64,000 nt of DNA from Planctomycetota bacterium (GTDB taxonomy: Bacteria > Planctomycetota > SZUA-567 > H5-PLA8), in NCBI GenBank assembly GCA_038227875.1, contig JBBRPR010000042.1, forward strand, positions 1-64,000, given 5' to 3'. Shown here one piece after another: positions 54,132-62,995 of this stretch. Made by a program: the position numbers and the translations under genes. Each line of letters begins with the position of its first letter. The stretch's first letter is position 1. The notes below the pieces were generated by a model. The model had not been told where the DNA came from and did no database searches. It saw only the letters and a list, made by a program, of their open reading frames with translations.

Positions 54132-55355
54132 CTAGCTTCGGTTCAAGTACGGCGACTTGTATCGGACTTCCAGAAAGCGCTCAGACCCGCCGAGCGGCGC
54201 CTGGATGTCGGCGATCAGTTGCAGGCATTGGTCCTGATCGATCAGGCGGTAGCCGTAGTCGGGCGCCAGCGACAGGCGGTCGTTGTTCCATGTCACAGAC
54301 TCCACAGCGCAGGGCTTTTTAAAACGCAGTGAGAGACTGAAGCGCTCGGGATTTTTTCCGTTGATCGTCTGTGAGGTCACGCGCACACGGGCCATGCCGT
54401 CGGCGCCATCGGCTCCACGATCGACCATGGCGAAATTGTCGCGGAGGAAGCGTGAGGCTTCGATGCGGTTGGCGCGGCGCAGCGCGGCCGTGCGACCATG
54501 CGCGTAGAGGCCATTCAACCGCGAGCCGGAGATGAGACCGTTGTTGGGATATCCCGGCAAGCCCAGGCCGAAACGATCGCTGTTCCCGTAGCTCAGCAAT
54601 GTCCGCAGCCGCGTAACGCCTACTTCGCACCATTCGCGCGCGGTGTAGTACCCTTCGATCGCCTCGAGGCCAAAGCCCAGCGTGTTCATCGTGAACGAGA
54701 GCTTTTCACCCAGGCGATTGGACGACGAGCGCTGCGGGTCCAGCGTGCCGGGGAGTTTCGCCTCGCAGACGGGGTAGCCTTTTTTCTCGGCATCCAGCGC
54801 CGTCTCGTGTGCCATCATCGTGGTGAAGAATCCGTTGGGCGAAAAACCCAGCACCTTCTCCAGCCATACCCGGTCGTTCATGCTGCCGCCGGCCAGGCCG
54901 TGAATGTCGACGTGAAGGTCCGGCTGGAATTCCGTGGCGAATAGATCCAGGCCGCGGCTTTCCGGAGAAATCGGCACGCCTTCGAACGGAAAATCGTGAG
55001 CGGTGTTGACGTCGTCGGCGTTGTGATAGGTGTCGGCCTGCGCGCCATCAGGATTGCAGCACGGCACGATAGCGATGATCTGCTGGCGGAGCAGGTCGCT
55101 GGCTTCCTTCTCGCCGGACTCCAGAAATTGCATCAGCGCGATGGCAATGGCGCGGCCGCTTTCCTCCGAGCCGTGCTGGCCGGCGATGATCAGCGCGCGC
55201 TGCTTCTGATCATCCGAAATTTCCGGATCGGTAAAGACCACGGCCGGAATTTCGCGATGCTGGACCGATTCGGCAATGCGGCGGACGCGTGCGTAGCGGG
55301 CGCCTTTTTCCAGGCTTCCGACACTTTTCATCACGTCGTCGTGGTCCGGCCGCAT
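54132..55355 (-). CDS. M14-family zinc carboxypeptidase-like protein
   Basis: IAGQHGSEESG (HxxE), VPCCNPDG, HVDIHG. Confidence 0.8.
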   Translation of the reverse strand: MRPDHDDVMKSVGSLEKGARYARVRRIAESVQHREIPAVVFTDPEISDDQKQRALIIAGQHGSEESGRAIAIALMQFLESGEKEASDLLRQQIIAIVPCCNPDGAQADTYHNADDVNTAHDFPFEGVPISPESRGLDLFATEFQPDLHVDIHGLAGGSMNDRVWLEKVLGFSPNGFFTTMMAHETALDAEKKGYPVCEAKLPGTLDPQRSSSNRLGEKLSFTMNTLGFGLEAIEGYYTAREWCEVGVTRLRTLLSYGNSDRFGLGLPGYPNNGLISGSRLNGLYAHGRTAALRRANRIEASRFLRDNFAMVDRGADGADGMARVRVTSQTINGKNPERFSLSLRFKKPCAVESVTWNNDRLSLAPDYGYRLIDQDQCLQLIADIQAPLGGSERFLEVRYKSPYLNRS

Positions 55356-55455
55356 GAGCGCTCTCCCAAGCTTATTCTACATACAGTACGATCGTTCTCT
55401 ATAAAGTACACCGGGAAGTGCGGGTGGCAAGACGGAAATCGTCAGTGATTTCAGA

Positions 55456-58044
55456 CTAAAAATCCGAGGTCGGCTTGGCCGGGCCGGGGACTTCCTTGCC
55501 GTCGGCGGTGGGCTCGAAGACATACACATCTCCGCCGAAGGTGAACGCGAAGAGCGCGCCATCGGGGCTCCACACGCTGTTCTCGGGGGACTCGCCGGCC
55601 GTAGTGACTTTGAACGCACGTATCGGACGCGCGGAGTTCATGAAGATCAGGATTTGCCGTTCGCCCGGTTCGAGCAGATAGGCCTTGGGGCGTGTCACGA
55701 GCGCGAAACGGTCGAGCGCGGGATGGTGGAAATCCGTGTCCGGATAAACGATGTGACCGGCCCACGTGCCAGGCAGCCCCAACTCCGCGGCGAGATTCAC
55801 TGCTTTGCCGCCGAAGGGAAGTGACCAGACGCCGTGCAGCTTATTGGCGCTCGATCGGTCGCCGATGTACGCGGTGTCCTCCGTATCGACCACCGACAAC
55901 TGCTGGCTCAGCGACATCAGCGCGACGGGTCCCACGCGTGGCCAGTGGAGTTCGCCCAGGTTCAGCGCGGTGAGTTTCTCGTCTTTCACATCGAGCACGA
56001 ATTCTGATTCGCGCACGGGCGTCCAGACGCTCCACGGCGCACCGACCTCGTATTTGAATTGATGAAACGCTGAGAGCAGCACGAAGCGGCCGTCGGCGGA
56101 GGTGAGACGTGGCCAAACGTCAGCGTCGTTGAGCACGTTGGTGTCGAGCGCGATGTGTTTGACGACCTTGCCCGAAGCGTCGAGCACTTCGAGCGCCTCC
56201 GCGCTGCGCGACTTTTTCGTGCCCTGCGTCCGAGGCGCGGCTGGCGCTTTTTGCGGATCGTCATGGGCGGACGGCACAACAGGCTTCACAGGTTTAGCGG
56301 GCTGATCGGTCTTATCGGACGCAGGTTCGACTTTCGCGAGCACGCGGCGCAGCCGTTGCTGCTCGGGCAGTTGCCACAGCGCATCGTTGTCCTGCGGTTC
56401 GCGGAAAGCGTATTCGACAAAACCCGAGCCGGGGGAAAGAACGTCCGTGCGTTCGGCTTCGAATTTTTCCGCCGCCGGATCATAGAGCCACGCGCGCCGG
56501 TCTACGTCCGCACTGAAGCGCTCACCCGAACTCCAACTCGTGTTCAACTTTAACCTGCCGTCCACCGACCAGCCGTTGGGAAACGTGTTGAGTTTTAAAT
56601 TTGCTGCTCCCGGTGGCGGTGCGGGCGGCGCTAGCCGCTTTGCCGCGGAGCCGTCGAACGCTGCGACAAAGACTTCATAACCGTGATGCGATCCGTCGGC
56701 GCGCGTGCAATACCACGCCGCATGGCCGCCGTCCGGCGAGACGATAAGATTGATCGGATTGGAGTAGGTCTTGCGATCAAGGCCGCTGATTTTCGTCGCA
56801 GCCCCCTTGGCGTCGAAAACCATCAACACCTCGTCTCCTTCGGCCAGCACGCGGTCACCGGAGATCCAGTGCGCGCTGCCGCCTTTGCCGGCATACCCCG
56901 CTCGCACCGCGATTTTTCCGGTGGCGACGTCGAGTTCATTCACACTGAGCGTGTAGACCGGGTATCCGCCCGCTTCCTTCCCGGTCGTAACGCCGGTCAG
57001 AAAGAGGAGCTTGCTGTGATCGGCGTTCCATTCCAGTCCGGAGTCTATGCGGCTGGAGGCGATGAGGTTCGGCGGCAGCTTCGTCTTCACGATCATGTTT
57101 CCGCCGGTGGGCACGAACGCGGTTTTCTTCGAAGCTGGCTTCGGTGGCGGCGCGTCATCGCGAAAATCGGGCGCGATCCCCGGCGCGGGCGCGGCCGCAG
57201 CGGAGTTCCCGGCCGCTCCGCCATGGGCCAACGCCCGGTATACCTGCGGCACTGCCGCGGCGAGCACCAGCAACGCAACAAGACTCAGCGCGACGGATTT
57301 CACTTTCGTCCAGAAGACCACGTGGAGAAAACTTTTGGCCATCGCCGCTGCTCCGGCATTGGCGCTCTGCAGGCACGCACCAGCCAGCCCTGCCGGCGCG
57401 GTGCCCAGCGCGTGAGCGCTGAGTTGCTCCGTGAGCAGGGCCGCCGAGGTGGTCAGGCCCGCGGCCGCGAATTCCGCGCGCAACTTTTCCAGCGCGAGAC
57501 TGACACGGCTGTTGAGCGTCTTGAGCGGGCAGCCGAGCTCCGCCGCCGCTTCGTCGCGCGCGCGGCCTTCCAGGAAACAGAGCACGATCGCATCGCGCTG
57601 CGCTTCCGGCAGTTTTGCCAGCGCCGTGTCGAGCTTCGGGCGGAGCTGCTCCCACAACACGTCCGTATTTTCCTGCACGCTCTGGATTTTCATCGCCGCC
57701 GCCTCCCGCTCGTGGCGCTCCCGCCGCGCGGCCATGCGCCGCGCGTTGGATGCCACACCCAGAGCGGTCTGGTACAGCCAGCCGGCGACCACGGTTCCCG
57801 CCGGCAGCGATGGGGCTTTCTGCGAAAAAATCAGGAACACCGCCTGCGACGCATCCTCCGCCGCATGGCTGTCGTTCAACACGCGCAGGCACGCCGCGTA
57901 AACCGAGCCGGCATGACGGTCGACGAGCTGCGAAAAGACCGCCGCTTCGCCGCGCTGCTGATACGTGTGAAAGAGTTCCCGATCGGTCATCGCTGAAAGT
58001 GCCGGATCGTCCGCCGCATGAAGTACCGCCGCCAGTCCGCTCAT
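55456..58044 (-). CDS. Membrane-anchored ECF sigma factor with a C-terminal TolB-like beta-propeller extension
   Basis: Region 2 AEDASQAVFLIF...GWLY; region 4 LPEAQRDAIVLCFLEG...AAAELG; TM helix near aa 252-270; VSPDGGH and WSPDGALFAF propeller motifs. Confidence 0.88.
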   Translation of the reverse strand: MSGLAAVLHAADDPALSAMTDRELFHTYQQRGEAAVFSQLVDRHAGSVYAACLRVLNDSHAAEDASQAVFLIFSQKAPSLPAGTVVAGWLYQTALGVASNARRMAARRERHEREAAAMKIQSVQENTDVLWEQLRPKLDTALAKLPEAQRDAIVLCFLEGRARDEAAAELGCPLKTLNSRVSLALEKLRAEFAAAGLTTSAALLTEQLSAHALGTAPAGLAGACLQSANAGAAAMAKSFLHVVFWTKVKSVALSLVALLVLAAAVPQVYRALAHGGAAGNSAAAAPAPGIAPDFRDDAPPPKPASKKTAFVPTGGNMIVKTKLPPNLIASSRIDSGLEWNADHSKLLFLTGVTTGKEAGGYPVYTLSVNELDVATGKIAVRAGYAGKGGSAHWISGDRVLAEGDEVLMVFDAKGAATKISGLDRKTYSNPINLIVSPDGGHAAWYCTRADGSHHGYEVFVAAFDGSAAKRLAPPAPPPGAANLKLNTFPNGWSVDGRLKLNTSWSSGERFSADVDRRAWLYDPAAEKFEAERTDVLSPGSGFVEYAFREPQDNDALWQLPEQQRLRRVLAKVEPASDKTDQPAKPVKPVVPSAHDDPQKAPAAPRTQGTKKSRSAEALEVLDASGKVVKHIALDTNVLNDADVWPRLTSADGRFVLLSAFHQFKYEVGAPWSVWTPVRESEFVLDVKDEKLTALNLGELHWPRVGPVALMSLSQQLSVVDTEDTAYIGDRSSANKLHGVWSLPFGGKAVNLAAELGLPGTWAGHIVYPDTDFHHPALDRFALVTRPKAYLLEPGERQILIFMNSARPIRAFKVTTAGESPENSVWSPDGALFAFTFGGDVYVFEPTADGKEVPGPAKPTSDF

Positions 58045-58095
58045 ACCCTATCATGTACGGTCGGCGGACGCGGCTTAAAGATTGTTGAGAATAGT

Positions 58096-58503
58096 TTACG
58101 CCTTCGGCGGGTCGATCTTCTGAACGTTGATCTTGCGGGAGCTGAGCAGGTGGTCGCCGGACCAGAATTCGACCGCGAACAAGCCCGGCGTGTCGAAACG
58201 GATGCCGTTGAGCTGGAAGACCAGTTCGCCGACGCTGGTCGGTCCGGCGAATTCGATTTCGCCGGGGAGTTCGAAGACCACGTCGCCGCTGGTCAGCGAC
58301 GTGATCCGCAGCTTGCTGGTGTGGCGGCCGCGGCCTTCGGTAATCGCGATGTAGACCCAGAACGTGCCGTGGACGCAGGGAAAATTCGCCGACGACAGGC
58401 TGTTGAACGTGCCGATCAGCGAGAGCTTGTTGGTGCCCTGCTCACGAATGATCGTGTCGCAGAGCACCAGCGCCAGCAGAATCGGCTTGATCGTTGTCGC
58501 CAT
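58096..58503 (-). CDS. Conserved hypothetical beta-sandwich protein (DUF6941-like)
   Basis: LVLCD...TNKLSLIGTFN...PGLFAVE pattern; immediately downstream of the phosphofructokinase gene. Confidence 0.72.
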   Translation of the reverse strand: MATTIKPILLALVLCDTIIREQGTNKLSLIGTFNSLSSANFPCVHGTFWVYIAITEGRGRHTSKLRITSLTSGDVVFELPGEIEFAGPTSVGELVFQLNGIRFDTPGLFAVEFWSGDHLLSSRKINVQKIDPPKA

Positions 58504-58512
58504 GAGTGTCCT

Positions 58513-59796
58513 TTACTTCTTAGCCTGTTCCCATGCCGGACACTTCTTCGACAACAGTTTCCGTTTCAGGCGCACGTACTGCGGCAGGCCGTCGGCGCCC
58601 ATCGGAACTTTCGCTTCGCCCTGCACCAGCGGCGTGAGGTACTGGCGGAACTTCTTCGAAATGTGCGTGCCGGCTTCGTTCATGTATTCGCGCGGCAGCA
58701 GGGATTCGCCGTTGGCCACGTCGGAGAGCTTCGCCAGGCCAGTCGTGCAGGAGTACGGATTGTTCTTCTCACGGACGAGCGTGACCATGTAGCCGGTCGT
58801 GCCCTTGAGCGCCGCGCGGACGGCCGCCTGGCCGCAGAGGTACGCTTCGTCGACGTCGGTCTTGCTGGCCCAGTGCGCGCCGTTGCGCTGCAGTGTGCCG
58901 GGCTTGTTGCGGCGCGCTTTCACGCCGACTTCGCGTTCGATGAAATCGCCGATGAATTCGCCGACGCCGCCCAACTGCTTGTGGCCGAATGCGTCCTTGC
59001 CGAACGAGCCGCCGATTTCCGACAGGTATTCGCCCTTCTCGTTCTTGCAGCCTTCGCAGACCACGACAACGCAGCGGCCCAGGTCCTTCAACACCGCGCG
59101 GATCTGGTTGGCCATGTCGTTGAGCGACATTTTGATTTCCGGCACGTAGATCAGGTGCGGACCGTCCTCTTCCGTGCGCTGCGCCAGTCCGGTCGATGCG
59201 GCGATCCAGCCGGCGTTGCGGCCCATCACTTCCTGTACGGTCGTGGTGTCGGTGGTGTAAAGCGCTTCGGTGTCGCGCGCGGCTTCCATCACCATCGTCG
59301 CGTTGTACTTCGCCACCGAACCGTAGCCGGGGCAGTGGTCGGTATGCGCCAGATCGTTGTCGATGGTCTTGGGAATGCCGACGGCGCAGAGCTCATACCC
59401 GCGCGACTTGGCTAGGTTTGCGACCTTGTCGGCGGTGTCCATGCTGTCGTTGCCGCCCGCGTAGAAAAAGTAGCGGATGTTGTGCGCTTCAAAGACCTGC
59501 AGGATGCGGCCGTAATCGGCTTCGGTTTTGACCTTGTACCGGCAGGAACCCGCCGCGGCGGCCGGGGCGCTTTTCAGGCCTTTCAAGTCGTCGGGGTTTT
59601 CCTTGCCGAAGTCGAAGAGTTCCTCCTGCAGCACACCGAGAATGCCATTCTTGGCGCCGAGCAGTTTGGTGAAGACCTTGGGGCTTTTCATCGCCTCAAG
59701 AACCGCGCCCGCCATGGAAGAATTGATGACCGTGGTCGGTCCGCCGGACTGCGCAAAAACAGCGGCGCCGGTAAGTACGCTCTGGGTGGAAGCCAT
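58513..59796 (-). CDS. pfp: 6-phosphofructokinase, probably pyrophosphate-dependent
   Basis: QSGGPTTVIN; GGNDSMDT (Asp at the donor-specificity position typical of PPi enzymes); PKTIDNDL; EVMGRNAGW; DAFGHKQLGG. Confidence 0.9.
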   Translation of the reverse strand: MASTQSVLTGAAVFAQSGGPTTVINSSMAGAVLEAMKSPKVFTKLLGAKNGILGVLQEELFDFGKENPDDLKGLKSAPAAAAGSCRYKVKTEADYGRILQVFEAHNIRYFFYAGGNDSMDTADKVANLAKSRGYELCAVGIPKTIDNDLAHTDHCPGYGSVAKYNATMVMEAARDTEALYTTDTTTVQEVMGRNAGWIAASTGLAQRTEEDGPHLIYVPEIKMSLNDMANQIRAVLKDLGRCVVVVCEGCKNEKGEYLSEIGGSFGKDAFGHKQLGGVGEFIGDFIEREVGVKARRNKPGTLQRNGAHWASKTDVDEAYLCGQAAVRAALKGTTGYMVTLVREKNNPYSCTTGLAKLSDVANGESLLPREYMNEAGTHISKKFRQYLTPLVQGEAKVPMGADGLPQYVRLKRKLLSKKCPAWEQAKK

Positions 59797-59944
59797 GGTT
59801 ATGCGATGATCCCCTGCTTAAGAAGTGGCGCGAACCTCCATGCCCGCGCGACACGCGCAATCTACGACGGCGGCGGGAAGTTTGCACAGACAAAATGAAG
59901 TGGCAGAAAGTGAATTTGCCATGGCGATAAAGCCGGCAAGCCAT

Positions 59945-59973
59945 GAAAAAGCCCGGCCGAAGCCGGGCTTTTC
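59945..59973 (-). terminator. Rho-independent terminator
   Basis: AAAAGCCCGGC-cgaa-GCCGGGCTTTT; stem nearly identical to the terminator at 34176. Confidence 0.85.
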
Positions 59974-59990
59974 CAGTGCATGCGCGCGGC

Positions 59991-60992
59991 TTATTTTTCG
60001 CCGTTGTCCTCACTGGATTCGTCGAGCTCCGTATTGGGCGAATCGGCGGAATCTTCAACGCCGCTGATCTTGCCGCCGCCTTTCAGATCCTTTTTCTTGG
60101 GATCCTTCTGCCGCGCCAGGCCCACGTCGACCTTCAATGCAGAACGGTCGAGGCCCAATTGCAGGCCATCCACGTGATGTTGCCGACGGGCATTCAGCCA
60201 CGCCAGCACTGCGGCTTCGAGGCTGGGCGTGCCCAATGCGGCGCGCATGGTGTTCCGCGCCGTGGTGATCGCAACGTCGTCGCTCAGCCACTTCGCACGA
60301 TCCGAAAGGAAAGTGCTGACATGAGCCGTCAAATCGTCGCTCTTGGACGGTTTCACCAGCGCTAACTTCTGCCCCTTGAATTTGACGTCCTTCTTGATCG
60401 TCTGTACGTCCGCCGCTTCATTCAGGCGAGCCTGCGCGGCCGTAAACCGGTCTTTGAAGAACTGATTTGAATTGGAAGTCACGCCGGCCTTGTCCTGCGC
60501 GAGGATGGCAATTCTCAAGCCCGCGAGATCGGATTCCACGGCCGCTTCCGCGGCGACGCGCGTGTCGAAATCTTTGAAGTACGCGGTCACCGCAGTGTTC
60601 AAATCGGACGATCCGCGGCCCGGCTTGATCAACGGACCCGTCTGGGGATTGTTATCGACCCGCAGCTGGCGTCGATCATGATGCAACGTCTCAATCTGAT
60701 TCGCCGCCGTGGAGCGATCCGAGAAGAATTTCTTCACGTCGGCGGTCAGCGCCGTGGTGTTCTGGAGATCGATGACGAACGTGTTGCGATCTGCAGAGAT
60801 GTCCGCTTGGGATGAATGGTGCAGATCCTGATCCTTGATAAAGGTCGAACTGTCATCCAGCGCATCGTGAGCGACCGGATCGTCTGCGCCATTCTTGAAC
60901 GGTTCCGCTGCGCTGCCCTGCGACGCCATCAGCGCGATTCCCAGAAATGCGACGTACGAAATAATTCTCGCCGAACCTGAATGCTTTTTCAT
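59991..60992 (-). CDS. Exported hypothetical helical-repeat protein (paralog of 33161-34153)
   Basis: Signal peptide; long identical blocks with 33161-34153 (AQARLNEAADV, KFKGQK, WLNARR, KVDVGLA, DNGEK). Confidence 0.8.
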   Translation of the reverse strand: MKKHSGSARIISYVAFLGIALMASQGSAAEPFKNGADDPVAHDALDDSSTFIKDQDLHHSSQADISADRNTFVIDLQNTTALTADVKKFFSDRSTAANQIETLHHDRRQLRVDNNPQTGPLIKPGRGSSDLNTAVTAYFKDFDTRVAAEAAVESDLAGLRIAILAQDKAGVTSNSNQFFKDRFTAAQARLNEAADVQTIKKDVKFKGQKLALVKPSKSDDLTAHVSTFLSDRAKWLSDDVAITTARNTMRAALGTPSLEAAVLAWLNARRQHHVDGLQLGLDRSALKVDVGLARQKDPKKKDLKGGGKISGVEDSADSPNTELDESSEDNGEK

Positions 60993-61197
60993 GACTTACC
61001 TCTATTCGTGTCGTTGGCTCAGAAGTGATCGATGACCACGGAAACAGCTATTTGGTGAACCAAATTTGGTGGTGAGGTTACTGATCGTTTGCAATTGTGT
61101 CGAAAGAGTCCTCCGCACATTTGCGAATCGAGAATCAATCTTAGGAATCGATATGTATTGCGACGCTCATTGAAACGGAAAAGTCTCGCGAGTCGCG

Positions 61198-61845
61198 TCA
61201 GGCATGTGCGCCCCCAAGATTGGCGCGGGCGTGCGCGCGGAAGGCGCGGTCGATGGGGATGGTGGGGAGAACGACTTGAGCGACGAAAGTAAAGATCGTT
61301 AGGAGCGAGATGTACGCGAGGTGTTCCTTGCTCTGAGACCTGCCCGGAAAAAAATATGGAGTGTTGCTTAGGTACCAGTGAAGAGTTTCGAACACACTGG
61401 GAAGTACGCCCATAATCGCCAGCAAGATGCATCGAGCTCTGGAACACGTTGCGCGATAAAGGACGCACAGCAAAAATCCGAGCATGGAAGCTTGTACCAG
61501 GGTCGGAAAGACTTCGTAGATGAGCAGGGCGGTCCTAAATTGGACAATTCCTTTTGTCAGCGGAAAAACATTGAACTGAATGACGCAAGTCACCCCGGTA
61601 AGCGCCATTGCCATCGCCCCTGTCCGAAGAAATGCGGATGCGTTTCGTACGCAAAGCAGCGGACCGCTCAACAACAAGAAGCAAATCAGAAATTGCTTAA
61701 CGCAATGAAGAAAGGCAACACTGAACCAGACATGATATTGGAAATGCCAAAATACTCTGTCCACAGCCGCTGCCAGCGCCCCCGACAACAGCGCACACGC
61801 CAGCGGCGTGCGGAACAGTCCAGCCGGCGGATTCGCGTCAGGCAT
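61198..61845 (-). CDS. Polytopic membrane protein, tandem paralog 2
   Basis: About six hydrophobic segments; GLFRTPLACALLSGALA start and LPTIPIDRAFRA end shared with 61838-62464. Confidence 0.7.
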   Translation of the reverse strand: MPDANPPAGLFRTPLACALLSGALAAAVDRVFWHFQYHVWFSVAFLHCVKQFLICFLLLSGPLLCVRNASAFLRTGAMAMALTGVTCVIQFNVFPLTKGIVQFRTALLIYEVFPTLVQASMLGFLLCVLYRATCSRARCILLAIMGVLPSVFETLHWYLSNTPYFFPGRSQSKEHLAYISLLTIFTFVAQVVLPTIPIDRAFRAHARANLGGAHA

Positions 61846-62464
61846 GCGCGTCGCCCGGGTTGGCGCTCGCCTGCGCGCGGAACTCGCGGTCGATCGGCAG
61901 CGTGGGCAGCGCCACCTGGATGATCGTCGCGATGTACATCACCATGCTCGACAACGCCAGCGTTTCATCGGAGGCGTTGGGAGTCCGGGAGACGAGTAGC
62001 GCAACGGCGCTGGGGAGCGCGCCGAGGAGGCCCAGGATCGAACACAGACCCATCTTCCCCTTCGCCCGGTAAAGCCATGCCAGCGCTACGCCCAGCATCG
62101 AACCTCGCAGCACCGAGACCATGACGATGTTTACGGTCGCAGGTGTGTGAGAAAAGAGCGAGCCGATGACCGAGACAAAAACCTGAAACAGGACCGCCAG
62201 CACCACCGCGCGCCGCGCCGTCGATCCCTGCCGGTCGTAAATTGCCGGGCCGTGCAGTTGAACGGCGGTATACAGAAACCGCTGGCTGAAGCCGAAGACC
62301 GCGAAGTGAATCCAGTCGGAACTCGTGAGGTGCGTGAGCTTGGGTCGGAATGCCCAGCCATAGAGCTGGCTGACTGCCACCGCCAGAGCGCCTGACAACA
62401 GCGCGCACGCCAGCGGCGTGCGAAATAATCCTTTTTTGGCTGGCGCCTGATCTGATTCAGTCAT
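61838..62464 (-). CDS. Polytopic membrane protein, tandem paralog 1
   Basis: About six hydrophobic segments; same conserved termini; its stop overlaps the next start (ATGCCTGA). Confidence 0.72.
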   Translation of the reverse strand: MTESDQAPAKKGLFRTPLACALLSGALAVAVSQLYGWAFRPKLTHLTSSDWIHFAVFGFSQRFLYTAVQLHGPAIYDRQGSTARRAVVLAVLFQVFVSVIGSLFSHTPATVNIVMVSVLRGSMLGVALAWLYRAKGKMGLCSILGLLGALPSAVALLVSRTPNASDETLALSSMVMYIATIIQVALPTLPIDREFRAQASANPGDAHA

Positions 62465-62687
62465 TCATCCGCTCGTTGGAAATACGCGCTAATTATGCGG
62501 GACGTCTGTGGATGCGCCACTGACCATCACCGAATTTCAGTGACGCCCCCATGGAAACTGACTCGCGCATAGCTTCCTCATTACCGCCGCCGTGGGCCTT
62601 TCTTCCTGCAACTCTCCGGCATGGATTTTGCCACTACTGATCAGTGGCGAGAGATAAAAGCGCCAACTCTTTCGAAAGGAATAAGTC

Positions 62688-62900
62688 ATGAATCAGGACA
62701 TCGCTGAAGGAAAATGGATGCAGATGAAGGGCTCCGTAAAGACGTGGTGGGGCAAGCTCACCGACGACGATATCGAACAGATCTCCGGCAAATGGGATCT
62801 CCTCGTCGGCAAGGTTCAGGAACGCTACGGCTACGACAAGGAACGTGCGGAGCAGGAATGCCGCAAGCACTTCGAAGCCGAGACCGCGTCGAAAGTTTAA
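62688..62900 (+). CDS. CsbD/YjbJ-family general stress protein
   Basis: EGKWMQMKGSVKTWWGKLTDDD...LVGKVQERYG; AAAGGA SD. Confidence 0.93.
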   Translation: MNQDIAEGKWMQMKGSVKTWWGKLTDDDIEQISGKWDLLVGKVQERYGYDKERAEQECRKHFEAETASKV

Positions 62901-62956
62901 ACTACTTCATCTCGAGTCGGACACCCGCAAGGGTGCCGGCTCAAGTTGAGCGGTTG

Positions 62957-62995
62957 CCTCGCCGGTCCAGACTGGGTCTGACTGGCGGGGTTTTT
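62957..62995 (+). terminator. Putative intrinsic terminator
   Basis: CCTCGCCGGTCCAGAC-tgg-GTCTGACTGGCGGGG followed by TTTTT. Confidence 0.6.
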
